Shown here: piece after piece, positions 34,865 through 46,874 of the stretch
Layout: each line of letters starts with the position of its first letter
How positions within the stretch are numbered: position 1 is the stretch's first letter
NCBI GenBank assembly: GCA_964036045.1
Contig: OZ038378.1
Coordinates: 91,450,001 to 91,514,000 of the forward strand
Direction: 5' to 3'
Source: Eutreptiella sp. 'Long Island Sound 2002'
Lineage: Eukaryota; Protista; Euglenida
Length of the DNA stretch: 64,000 bases
The notes under the pieces: model-generated
Seen by the model: the letters and a program-made list of their open reading frames with translations, nothing else
Database searches by the model: none
What the model was told of the DNA's origin: nothing
Program-made: the position numbers and the translations under genes

Positions 34865-37670
34865 AACACGCATCCCCTCGATCATGGTGCACTTGGACCC
34901 TAACAACGCGTCAACCCCGTGGGTCGGTCTGGGGCCCAAGAGTACAGTGCCGCCCCTGGACCTCGGGCTGGATCCGAAAGGAGTGGCATCCATGAAGGAG
35001 AAGCATGTACTCCGTTGCGAAGCTCTTCTAGGCTGCTGCAAGAACACCCTCGGACCGGCGTCAGTACCCCATGAGGTGATGGTAGCGGTGGTCGGTGGCA
35101 TCGTGTGGTACACGGTGCCGTTCTTATCGGACACTGCGAAGGAAGTGATGAGGTTCAATGCTGCCATCAAGACTGTAGCCCTGCATTTTGAAAACGTGCC
35201 CAAAGACCTGTCCAATGCGGTTGCCCGGTCTGGTAAAAGGGCTTAAGTTGGCGGATGTTCGGATCCTTTGCCGTGACTCCGTGGTAGTAACTTCGGCTCA
35301 GCTCACGCATCGTCGCTCGGCTGTGATCAAAGGTGAATTGAGAACCCTGCTTGACGACTTGCACACACGGTTTGGGGTGTGCCGTCAGTTCATGGTTCCA
35401 TCCCCGGCGTTCGCATTGCATGCAGGAGACACGTGGGTGGACCGAGTGTTCAGAGCGATGGGGACACTGGGCGTCCGACTCCTCATGCCCTCGTCGGTGT
35501 ACTCATGGGTGCACGCCCATCTGCCGCAGCTTCAATGGGCCGGACGGCGCCGAGCGACCCTGTCGTACACCTTCCAGGGTAGAGCCGTTTGTGTGTTGCT
35601 TGGACCCCGCACGGACGCGCAGTGAGGTCCCCGACGAATCCGGCGAATGACCTCCTGCACGCGCGGCTTCCATGTCATGAGCCTGAAGACTGGGCCGTAC
35701 AGCTTCAGGGATGTCATTAAGACCATCTGCACCTTCCTAATGCGGAAGTTGGACCCACTAAGCGGGACCATGTGTGGCTAACGGGTCTCCAAGCGGTGTT
35801 CAAGTCCCGGATGCCCGGTCCCCCAACCCATCGTCTACTTCATCCGGTGCGGCACAAAAAGGCCAGCAAGAGCACAAGACGGTCCGCTACAGGCGATGCG
35901 TATGTGGTGGGCGGGTACAGGGACAACGACTGGAATCCAGACTGTCCACGGCTTTCCATGCCCCTCGGCGCCCTGGCCGCCTTGATGTTCTTGTTGGGGG
36001 TGTCCTCGACGGTCATCGGCAACAGGATGAACCGGCGTCAGTCCCCCTTCTTACACCACATGCCGGAGGTGGTCTTGCACCTCCACCTCTGTGGGTTGTA
36101 CACGGGAAGTCAACGTTCGATAGGGCATGCAAGGCGGTGTGCAGACGAGCTGAGTGGGCCATAGCATTACTACTGTCAACGGGCCCTGCCCCTGATGCTG
36201 ATGCGAGCCTGGTCCTGGAGGAGGTCACGTTGGACAAAGTGCCACATGATCTGCACACCCTGTCACCTCGCTTCGCGAAGATGGGGCAGTGGAGCACGGA
36301 ACGGTGGTGGTTTACCTGCCGCACAGGTCCACAACCGTGTCGGGGACCGAGTATACCACCGTGCTGGACGCCATCAAGTCAATATGCGGATGCGAGGTAC
36401 ACTGGCAGTTACATTGAGTACATCGGCCAGAAGCTGTCCTCTCTTCCGAGTTGACGGCTTCCACTGAAGCGTTGCTAGGAAGAGTCGTGGTGAGCCCACA
36501 TTCGGACGTGGCATGGCTGGAGCCCCACAGAAACTGCTAGGTGCCAGTGGCGGCGAAGGTCACGTCGTTTCATGCCTCTCCCCAAGAAGACGGGGTCACC
36601 AACGCGGTCGTGGCGAGCCACGTAAGCCCAACGTGGGCAGGTGCCATCCGCGGCACGGTCCCCGAGAAGGAGATCATCGGGACAGCCGCTTACCTGCTCC
36701 ACACACCTCCTTCAAGCCTCATGGTACATGTGGTGGATGCCTCCATCATAGGGGCGCAACTGCGTAGGGCTCAAGAGGCCCTTTACCGCGGCATCAAAGC
36801 ACCAACCTCCCATATCATTAACCAACACGCATTGAATTGGGTGGTGGAGGGGCTGCGTCGATTGCCTCGCAGAGTTGGAGGACCCCTCACTGGGTGGCAG
36901 GGCAGAGCTCGCACTTGGCGGTGGCCCCGGTGGAGGAACCAGACTTCGCTGTGGCCCAAGCAAAGGCCCCGCCGGTACACCTCATGTTACCCAAGGAACA
37001 CGCAACCCTCTTGGTGCCTAGTGAAGGTCGGGTGCTAGAACCTCATGGGCCCTCCATGCAGGCCCTCCAAGAAGTCAAAGAGGTGGTGTGGGACTCGTTG
37101 CCAGCGCACACCAGGTACCACACGCCGTTGGCTAGTGCTTGTGAAATTGTGCCTTTGCGAACGGTGCATCATGGCCCCACGTACCAAGATCTGCTGCAGG
37201 CACACGACGGCCGCCTCCCCACCATGCAAGTCATGCGACGGTGGTGGCAAAAAATCACCCGCATGGTGATTCTTGCGCTTCCCTGCATCTTCTCTGATGG
37301 ACCCGAGGCAGATATGGGCCACTTGCAGACACTGTGCGAAAGGACTATGGATGGAGGCTCCTGGCGGGGGGCAAACCGAGTGTACGGGCAGTACGGTGGC
37401 CCCGGCTGCTCGAACACCTCTCGGGAGGATTGGACGGACAGCCAGTTCTGACCTTGGCGTCGACTTGGGACCAGGCGAAACAGGGCTTACTCAGTAGTGC
37501 TATCGCTTCTGCACTGGCGGGTGTGCTTCTGTGCTACCATGAGGACTGCAATGATGTATGGCAGGACCTGTGGTCTCAACGCTGCGAAGGCGGATATGTC
37601 CCATCACGGTCGATAATTCCGCTAATGTGCAGCGGGTGCGGCGAAACGGCGCCGCTATGGGTGCACTAGT
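34865..37670 (+). pseudogene. Non-LTR retrotransposon 2: RT thumb, RNase H-like domain and C-terminal Cys motif
   Basis: The thumb reads VMVAVVGGIVWY...NAAIKTV...GLKLADV. RNase H-like motifs are TVPEKEIIG, VHVVDAS, NQHALNWV and HWVAGQSSH. The C-terminus reads MCSGCGETAPLWVH. Many frameshifts; the RNase H call is less certain than the thumb. Confidence 0.7.
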
Positions 37671-38589
37671 GTGCCTCTATCCCACTTTGTGGGTAATGCC
37701 GAGAGCGTGCCGGTAGGGGGTGGCCCAAAGCCAGGTGGGTGCTGCGGCACTCATGACAACTGTCGTCCAGCACGTGGAGGGCGATCCAGCGCGACTTGCG
37801 GGGTGTACACGTGGATGGAGTGTGATGCCTAGATGACTTGATTGCAGCACTTCCCTTGCTACTATGGTGGACTGCGCTGGACGGTGACTCCCCACATCTT
37901 TGGCTCTGGCATCACAAAGGCGTTTTGTAGGGGAGTTACTAGTTTCGGGGGTGATGCTGTGTGGCCAGGCGCGATAGTGGGGGGTATGCCGAGTGTTGTC
38001 CGTCTTGTGGTTGAGAGGTGGAGATGGCATATGCGAAGTGGCCTTCTACCCGCTTGTGTCGGCAGCAACGGCGGACCTGATATGACGGCCATCGCGACGT
38101 GGCACGTCGTGCGGGCCTAACAGTGCACGGTGCCACCTCCGCATACACAGTTCGAACGATGAAGTATGGCTGCGCCCACATTCCCCGGGTTGCCGGTTAC
38201 AAAAGTGAGGTGTCATGGGTCGTCCTAACCAGGGTACGAAGGCCCAAACCCCTATAGGGTATTCCCATGGCACCGGGATCTCTAACAGCGGCCCGGTTAC
38301 GGCACTCACGGGGGTTCATCCTCGGGTAACTCTGGGGAGTTGAGTGGAAACGTACATGTCCTTCTAGCAGCGCCGCTGGTGTCGGCCATGGGCTGCGGGC
38401 AGCAGCTCCGTAGGTCGGGCCGCACATGACGACACAACCGCATGGGTGGCGGCATGGGTTATGTGGGGGTGCTGCAAGTCAGAGACAAATGGTGGTTAAA
38501 GAAGGACATGGGCGTGGACGTCTGACGCGGGCAGTGAGGGCTAGATGGTGCGTACCTGTATGCGGCCTTGCGGCGGGGGGGTGCCGCTA

Positions 38590-39100
38590 TGGGGGTGCCC
38601 CTTGACCCTAGGAACAACTCAAGCAAGTATTGGGGCAGCCCACAGGCCGCGGAAGAAACTCAGTGCGGGTAGAGGGGTGTCCCCTGACCCCAGAACCAAC
38701 TCAAGGAGGTATGGGGGCCACCCACGGGCCCCGGGAGAAAATCTGTGGGGGGATAGGTGTGTCCCCTCACCCGAGGAGCAACTCACGGAGGTGTAGGGGC
38801 CACCCACGGGTCCCAGAAACAATTTAGTGGGAACACTTGGGTGTCCCCTGACCCCGGTACCAACCCGGGGAGGTATTGGAGCCGCGCACGGGCCGCGGAA
38901 GAAAATCTGTGGGGGCAGGGGGGTGTCCCATGACCCCAGGACCAACTCAGGGAGGTAAAGGGGCCGCCCACGGGCCCGAGAAACAATTCGGTGGGAGTAC
39001 TGGGGTGTCCCGTGACCCGTCGAACAACTCATGGAGGTACTGGGGTGTGCCTCTGACCTGTGAAACAACTTCGAGGGAGTACCGGGGCATCCCATGGCCC
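38590..39100. repeat. Degenerate ~82-bp minisatellite (~6 units plus two ~39-bp half units)
   Basis: The motif gggtgtcccctgaccc...aactc recurs at about 38675, 38758, 38841, 38924 and 39005. Confidence 0.85.
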
Positions 39101-39959
39101 CACACACAAACTAGAGGGACAATGCTTCAGGGGATGTACATAGCCTAACCTTTTGACCTATGCACACGAAGCTCGTAGCATGGTGGCGGGGAAGATGGCG
39201 GTTGTGAGCACAGACAGAGGCATTCACGGGTATTCGGCAAACGCGGTGGTGTGGTGGTATGCATTGGTGGCCGCGCAAGAGGGCGGTGGGGCGATGCACT
39301 GGCAGGAGCAGCAATCATAGCCTACACGGTGGTTGCGAGTGTGCAGGGCTACAAAGGGGGAACGTGGCATGGGCGGCCCGTGATGTACTGTTGCATATAT
39401 ACCTGTATGATGGGTCTAGGTGGTGAGGCACAGGCCAATGCTATAAGAAGGCATGCCACATCTGTGGGTGCCCAACCTGCGGCTTCGCCGCTGCTAGGTT
39501 GGAGATGGCACAATCACGGGAGCTGGCCAAATAGTGCAGGCACGTTCGCCCTGCCAACAATTAGGTAGGTTTGGTTGCATCTGTCCGAACGCCGAACACT
39601 ATGTACCCTTTGCGAATGGTCGTTAAGAGGACTTTTGAATGAGAATGCGAATATGGGTGTCCAAAACAACTATTTTGTCCGAAAAAGGCCCTTTTCAATG
39701 GGTTGGAACGGAGGATATGGTTTCAAAAATTGTAAAAAAATAAAATACAGGTCCCTGCGAGAAAAAACCACCCCTTTTCCACACACTGGGTGGCCATGGT
39801 GGCCGTTTAATGCCCTATTCGTATTGTGCCGTTCGCCTGTGTCTGCTGCGACCCTTGCGAATGCAAATTTGGGCCAAACTTGCGCAAACTTTGCGCGAAT
39901 TTGGCCCAAATTTTCGCGTACGCACATGCACATCTTCACCATTACAAAGCAAGTCCTCT

Positions 39960-40420
39960 TTGCCATGAATCGTCCAAACGTGTTGTGCTCGCCGCTGTTT
40001 GCGGCGTCTAAAACGTTGACTGAGGGTATGTACATAGTTGAGGTCACTAACGGCCCTCTTGCGGACCCGCCTAGCCAATTGTTGTACGGTCAACGGGCCT
40101 TGCCCACGCATGGGCCTCTTTGTGATGTCCCACCCCTCCGCACGGAGGCTCTCGTCTATGGTGTGGTTGTCAACGACAACCTGCACACCTAGGCGCCCAC
40201 GCAGAAGGCTTAGGCCCCCGCTGTTGCGCAACATGCGCTTGAGCCTACGGTGGCTGCCTTCCATGGCGAAGCATGAACATTTGGAGAGTCTTCTCCAGTG
40301 GCGGGCAAAAAAGTACATGTGGTCATTCCACAAATGTGACCACAACAGCTTAGGCCATTCCAAGAGTAAGTGGGCTTTGCCCATCGCTATACTACACTCA
40401 CGTAATTTAGGCATGTTTGT
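39960..40420 (-). pseudogene. C-terminal fragment of a RAG1/Transib/CMC-type DDE transposase
   Basis: LWSHLWNDH is an H-x4-H motif, and the E of SCFAMEGSHRRLK lies 20 residues after the second H. It is within ORF 39815-40612. Upstream motifs were not recovered. Confidence 0.7.
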
Positions 40421-42534
40421 AGCAGAATAGGGTGCTCTTCTCTTTGAATTTGCCAATGTGCAAGTCCTAACGAGGGATGCGCCCTTTTTTTGTGTGGTCG
40501 GGGGGGATGCTTTGCAGCAAGGTCTTATAGCTCCCTTCGCGGGGCCGTTGTGGAGTGGCTCCCCGTGGCATTGCTTGTGCAAGGGAGCACTTGTTGTTGT
40601 GTGAGGTCTCAAGGCGAGCTTGGCATAGTTTTGTTGATGGGGGTCGTGATTGAGCCCCGCAATATGGTGCCATTCCCACGGGGTTGAAAGTACGTGAGGT
40701 GTTTCCTCCCCCGGCCGCCATCATAGCTTTCTTTTGGCGATGGTGGGGAGTTGGTCAATTGCATTGTTCGATGCCGCGCTGCGGCGTTTGGTGCTGATGC
40801 ATGCGGACGTATTTCGGGGCCCACTCACGTCCTGTTTGGGTGCCCCATTGTGAGTTCCCATGCCCCTATTCTCGGTGAAGGCAGGGTTGGTGCTAGGCCC
40901 CTTGGACATAATGCGCATGGTTTTGCGTCAAGCTTTGGTTGCTTTGGCGGCGGATGATCTTTGTGGGTTCATCAATTCTTGGCCCGCAGACGATCGCTGC
41001 TCGGCTAGAATTGCGATCTAGTGTCAAGGGTGCCTCTATGGCCATGAGCAGAGGGCAATGGCCCAATCCAGTAATGAGTGAAGGGGCTAATGGTGCAGGG
41101 TGTCCCCCATGATTTTTCAAGAGGGAGCGGGCTGCGATGCATGTTGGAGTGGTTGGTCAGAACCCCTGAATAACCATGCTGCTACCTATCCCCAATGTTG
41201 TGTGGCCCCATCCATTTCCGCTTCTCCAAAATTGGGACCATAGGTTAAGTGTTGTGTTGTTTCGGACGGCACCACTGGCGTTTGTCACCCTATTTTAGGG
41301 CAAGCTTGAGGATGTGCTTTGATGTGGTGAACCCAATTGATAGGTGAGATGCTTTGCTTGAAGTGGCCACAGCTTTGGTTCCACTGCCACACCAACCCAT
41401 ATATTATGTGGGGGAAAGTCAACGACACAAATTTATACACGGCCCATTCCATATTGGGGACAGGCAACAAGTGCGCCATTTGCGAGGGGAAAAGGCCCAA
41501 AAAAGTAAAAAAAGGAACAAAAAAAAGGACAAAAGGTGTATAGGGGTACACGTTACATAAAAAATGCATGTGTGTATGTCCCACTATATTGCCTCTGTTC
41601 TAAGATAATTACCGAAATTGTGAGCCGCAGGATGCGCCGTAGGTGCCGCAGGCGCCGTAGGATGAGCACCCCTATTGCTCCGTGTCCCAAAATCACGGAT
41701 GTGTTTACAAGATGGCATCTATGGAAGGGTTCAAAATTAGCAATCTGAACAATATTGTTCCAAGGAGCAACTTTTCTGAAAATTGGACATAAACCATGAA
41801 TTTGAAGGCATCATTACTTAAAACTTGTTGGTAGGTTACTCCGGTGCAAAACTATGCAATGGAACTCGCGGAGGGTTCCTCAAAAAATATGACTAGATTG
41901 TTGTTCTCCGTGCAACCAAACAAAACACGCTTCACAAGTCATGCATCTACGCACCATGCTCATGAACTGATGCATGTGGAGGTTTTGCTTGTGGCCCGAT
42001 TAGCACGACGCCGCCCCAAACCACGTTCTGAATGGAACCATGTAAGAAATTCCTCCCCATTATATTGTCCATGACGACTGACAAAGGGAGCACCAAGCAG
42101 CTTCTCCATGTGTGGAGTAATCACCAAATAATTTCACAAACATGTGTTTCGACTACATTTGGGATCGTACAAACACATGCCCATGGCTTTGCATACCAAA
42201 CCACCACACCAGCTATGTGTATAAAGTCTGATGTCTGATGTCTGATAAGGGATGTTGTGTGTGCGGTCTGTCCAAGAAGATGTCTGATATTCTTATCTAC
42301 TGGAGGTGGGTCTAGGGGTGTAATGCCCAGAGGAAAGTGGGAGAAACTATGCCTAAATCTAAATCAACCCCCCCCCCAAAATGAAAAAAACAAAAAGGGA
42401 GGACAGAATTGAAAAATCATTGGGGAACCACCTTGGACAATCAGAAAACATGGCAGTACAGAAGTAAAAAAGACTTTGAACACCAAAATGGGAAGCTGGG
42501 GAAAATGTGTGAGCAAGGAAAGTGGCAAACAAAA

Positions 42535-43765
42535 AGGTGCCCATAGGCCCCCATAGGCCCCCATGGGCCCCCAAAGGTGCCCATGGGTCCCCAAAGGTGC
42601 CAATAGGTCCCCATAGGCCCCCATAGGCCCCCATAGGCCCCCAAAGGTGCCCATGGGTCCCCAGAGGTGCCCATAGGTCCCCAAAGGTCCCCCTAGATGC
42701 CAATGAGTCCCCATCGACCCCCATAGGTCCCCATAGGTCCCCAAAGGTGCCCATAGGTCCCCATAGGTCCCCACAGGCCTCCACAAGCCCCCATAGGTCC
42801 CCATAGGTCCCCATAGGCCCCCATAGACCCCCAAAGGTGCCCATAGGCCCCCATAGGTCCCCATAGACCCCCAAAGGTCCCCATAGGCCCCCGTAGGCCC
42901 CCATAGGCCCCCATAGGCCCCCATAGGTCCCCCTAGATGCCGATGAGTCCCCATCGGCCCCCATCCCCATAGGTGCCCATAGGTCCCCAAAGGTGCGCAT
43001 AGGTCCCCAAAGGTGCCCAAAGGTCCCCATAGGTCCCCAAAGGTCCCCGTAGACCCCCATGGGCCCCCATAGGCCCCCCATAGGTCCCCATAGGCCGCCA
43101 TAGAACCCCATAGGTCCCCATAGACCCCCATAGGTCCCCAAAGGTCCCCAAAGGTCCCCATAGGCCCCCATAGGTCCCCAAAGGCCCCCATAGGTCCCCA
43201 TAGAGCCCCATAGGCCCCCATAGGCCCCCATAGGCCCCCAAAGGTCCCCATAGGTCCCCATAGGTCCCCATAGGTCCCAATGGCCCCCATAGGCCCCCAA
43301 AGGTCCCCACAAGCCCCCATAGGTCCCCATAGGTCCGCATAGACCCTCATAGGCCGCCATAGGCCCGCATAGGTCCCCACAAGCCCCCACAGGTCCCCAT
43401 AGGTCCCCATATGCCCCCATAGGTCCCCATAGGCCCCCAAAGGTCCCCATAGGCCCCCATAGGTCCCCATAGGCCCCCATAGGCCCCCATAGGCCCCCAT
43501 AGACCCCCATAGACCCCCATAGGCCCCCATAGGTCCCCATAGGCCCCCATAGGTCCCCATAGGTCCCCACGTGCCCCCATAGGCCCCCATAGGCCCCCAA
43601 AGGTCCCCATAGGCCCCCAAAGGTCCCCATAGGCCCCTATAGGTCCCCATAGGCCGCCATAGGCCCCCATAGGTCCCCATAGGCCCCCCTTGGCCCCCAT
43701 AGGTCCCCATAGGTGCCAATAGGCCCCCATAGGTCCCCATAGGCCCCCATAGGCCCCTATAAGTC
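42535..43765. repeat. 10-bp minisatellite (AGGYCCCCAT)n, ~120 units
   Basis: Directly visible; it generates the stop-free GPMGTYGGLW ORFs on the minus strand. Confidence 0.97.
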
Positions 43766-45009
43766 CACACATCCCTGTACACTTTCAAATGATCCCATCA
43801 ATGCATGTGAACTCTGCAAGGCGGTTCCACATGGCCACAAAAAATGTGTCCCTTTCCTCATCATAAATGCTTGGTGTGCTCGGCCCTAGTAGGGTGTTGT
43901 CCCGAAAATAGCACAATGCAACCATACACTCCCCACCCGCTCGGGCACCTGGCCTCAACCACAAACAATGTCCTTTGCAAAACATGCAGCTTCGTGGACG
44001 GCTACACGATGCAACATGGGTCCCCAGAGTACGCTAGAAAATGGCCCCTCATTGAAAGGTAGTTATGGTGTACTCACGGCCTCCACACTACCTTGCACTA
44101 TTTATTCTCGAAAGGGTTAAAAAGCAAATTCATGGGTATAGCATGGGATAAAAAAATGAGCATGTGTGTTGCCACCTATTGATAATGATGCATTCTTTCC
44201 ATGTATGTGGCGAATACTCCATAGCAATTCACTGCTCCTCCGACACCCATGTTTGCAAACCCACTCGCTTGTTGCATGTCCTCTGCAGCCATGATGCATT
44301 TGGCCGATTAAATTGGTCCTTACAATCAATTTCACTCATGGACCTAACACCAATCTCATCCAACCCTCGGAAACATTCTACAACAACATATACATGTACA
44401 AGGTGAAGCACCATTGAAAATTCATCCATGAAGCATTTCAAAATCTGGTAAAAGCTCATTGCTATGCTATCAACCATTTGTCTTGTCATTGGCTGCTATT
44501 GGGCGCCACAGCTAGTGCCCTTTCCCAAAGGTCTTTGCCTTAGCGAGCGGTCAAGAGTGAAGCTGCACAATTTTGCTGCATACATCACATGTGTCTTAGC
44601 ACTTTGTTTGCTATCTATGACATTGTAGAGTACCCTTCATTGACCAAAGAATCTTGGCATGTGTCCGGGATCCATAGAGTCACAAAACCCCATATCTCCC
44701 GCGCCCATAATGGACACATACCACACGTCCTCGTACAACGAGACCTTGCTAGAAAACTTACACGTCAATTTATCTCGAAGAAAAGGGAGCTTGGAAGACA
44801 TGTATTGAGAGTTGGTGTGACACAGGTGATGTCGTGCATGAATACCTCAATGGCTTTACGAGCAAAATCATGACTTGCCAACACCTCCACTACAAGGGGG
44901 TTGTGGGGTTGTTACAAATGGGTGCATCCATATACGCGATCCCATCCCAAATTTGAAGGGTCTAAAAGGTATGGAAAATGCAAATGCACACCAATGCCAC
45001 CAGACAAAT

Positions 45010-45275
45010 CACGGCTCCCTACATGGAGACCCTTGGAAAAGCCCAGCCCCACCGTTGGGACTAGCCAAGACCCGGCTCCCTATATGTGGAGCCCTGCAAA
45101 ATTCCAATCCCTACGGGGGCACTAAGCAAGGAAGGCCTCTCCACATGCGGAGCCATAAAAGAGCTAGTCCCTTCCGGGGACGGACAAAATCCGAGCTCCC
45201 AATATGGGGAGCCATGAAGAATGTCAATCTCACCGCTGGGACTAACCAACTCCTAGCTCTGTGTATGGGGAGCCA
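45010..45275. repeat. ~60-bp degenerate tandem repeat x5, each unit opening with a GGCTCC-n8-GGAGCC-type hairpin
   Basis: Hairpin cores lie at about 45012, 45073, 45135, 45193 and 45253. The intervening sequences also resemble each other. Confidence 0.75.
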
Positions 45276-46874
45276 GCATCCAACAATGTACAAACATCAT
45301 TTAAAACCAATAATCACTAGAAGACAGGCGGTGGCTGCTCCAAAACCAAGTGTCTTTTGGAAAAAATCATAAACGCAGTTGATTTTAATACGGGCTGCAA
45401 CTAGGCGTACAAGTACCTATTGCTTGGTTGGGCCGCAAACAACAAAAAGTTGAATAACAGGGAGTCTCTCTACAACAGTCAAAACGTGGCGTATTCTTTG
45501 ACCGTTTTGAGCATCCCATGGTAGTCTATAGCAGAATGTGGTATAATACATGTCAGAATATGAGTAAAACTCCCCGCAAACAAGAACATGCGTGTGTTCT
45601 TATGATTCTATGTGTTCTTTTGGTTTCCTTGTTCTTGTTGGCTCCTGACTTGTGCAGCGCACAATATGGACATATCTTTGTTCGTTGATTTGAAAGCCAA
45701 AGGGCGACTAGCAGACAAACTTGTGGCTGATGAACATTATGAAGCTTCAACAAAGCATGAAGAGTTTACCACTGTGTTCGAAATTTCCTGTGACACTGAT
45801 GGGGTATCCAAGAAAGATCCACATGGTGCAATTGAACCCTCAAACCAAAACATTCGCAGATTCCAAACAACTTTAGTATTGTGTTGCCTTTGGGGAATTG
45901 GGCTGTGTGTTCTTGGTGGGGACTGAATTTGCAAGAACATGCACGCGTGTTCTTATGGTGATGCATGCTACTCTTGGGGGGAGGGGGGGGGGCACCCAGG
46001 TTACACAGCCCTTTGGAGCACCTACCATGGACCACGGACCGCCAGCCGTCACAGTGTCACATGTACCTGCGCGACCACACACACAAGCTCAAGGGGTTGG
46101 CCCCCAGGGCTTGGTACTACAGGGGTTGGTACTACAGAAAAGGTATTGAAACAATCAGCAACTTTGGGTGCAGCTCATGAAGGGGAAGACATCGACAGGA
46201 GTACAGCGAAGTCATTGCTCCAGGCAGCTGCTGGTACGCTACGCACATGCCAGGGAGAAATGTGGCACAAGGCATAGCGTTCCCCATCCAATATGGCATG
46301 CCTTTTTTTTCACCAGCCAGCAGCTGACGTGCACAGTTGATTGCTGTTTAGTGCCAGGCATATGATTGGCAACAGATCTTACGCACTTTATGGTGGCACA
46401 GTGGTCGTGCGCTGCCGGTGTAAAAGCCTATGTAGAGCACGGTTTGCAGTCCTGCCAGTAGGTGTGGTGATAGAACATTGCATACGCATGCAGTGATAGT
46501 GCTGCAGAGTACCAGCATCTTCAATTTCTACCAATACCATGCTGATCCATATCCAATATCAGGAATGCAGGTGTGTGCCAAGCTTTGAACTTTGTGTGGT
46601 TCAATACCTATCCAAATGAAACAGGTTAGGGTCACGCTCAGAGTGGGGAAATTTGTCTCCGCTGGTCAGGGTTCCAACCCACGACATTGGATTTGTCGGA
46701 GGGACATTCCCTGTGTTTGGTGCAGTGCAGAAGGAAATTTGTATCCGATACACTTCCACGTTTCTGAGCACTAGACACAGAGGTTGCTGCGGATACAGTT
46801 CCCCCTAGAGCACCGGCCTCTCTGATGCATCTCTGCCTGCACCCCACTCACTGTGCCCTTGACCTTACACTCAC

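Noticed and set aside
42359-43788. 423- and 474-aa ORFs, the longest in the track
   Set aside because: They are a by-product of a 10-bp tandem repeat with no stop on that strand; there is no non-repetitive domain.
43785-44873. Decayed coding-like minus-strand segments (e.g. FTCIDGII)
   Set aside because: There is no second motif to support a Harbinger or other transposase call; left unassigned.
45010-45275. CRISPR-like look (palindromic repeat plus ~40-bp spacers)
   Set aside because: The spacers resemble each other, the repeats are degenerate, there are no cas genes and the context is eukaryotic.
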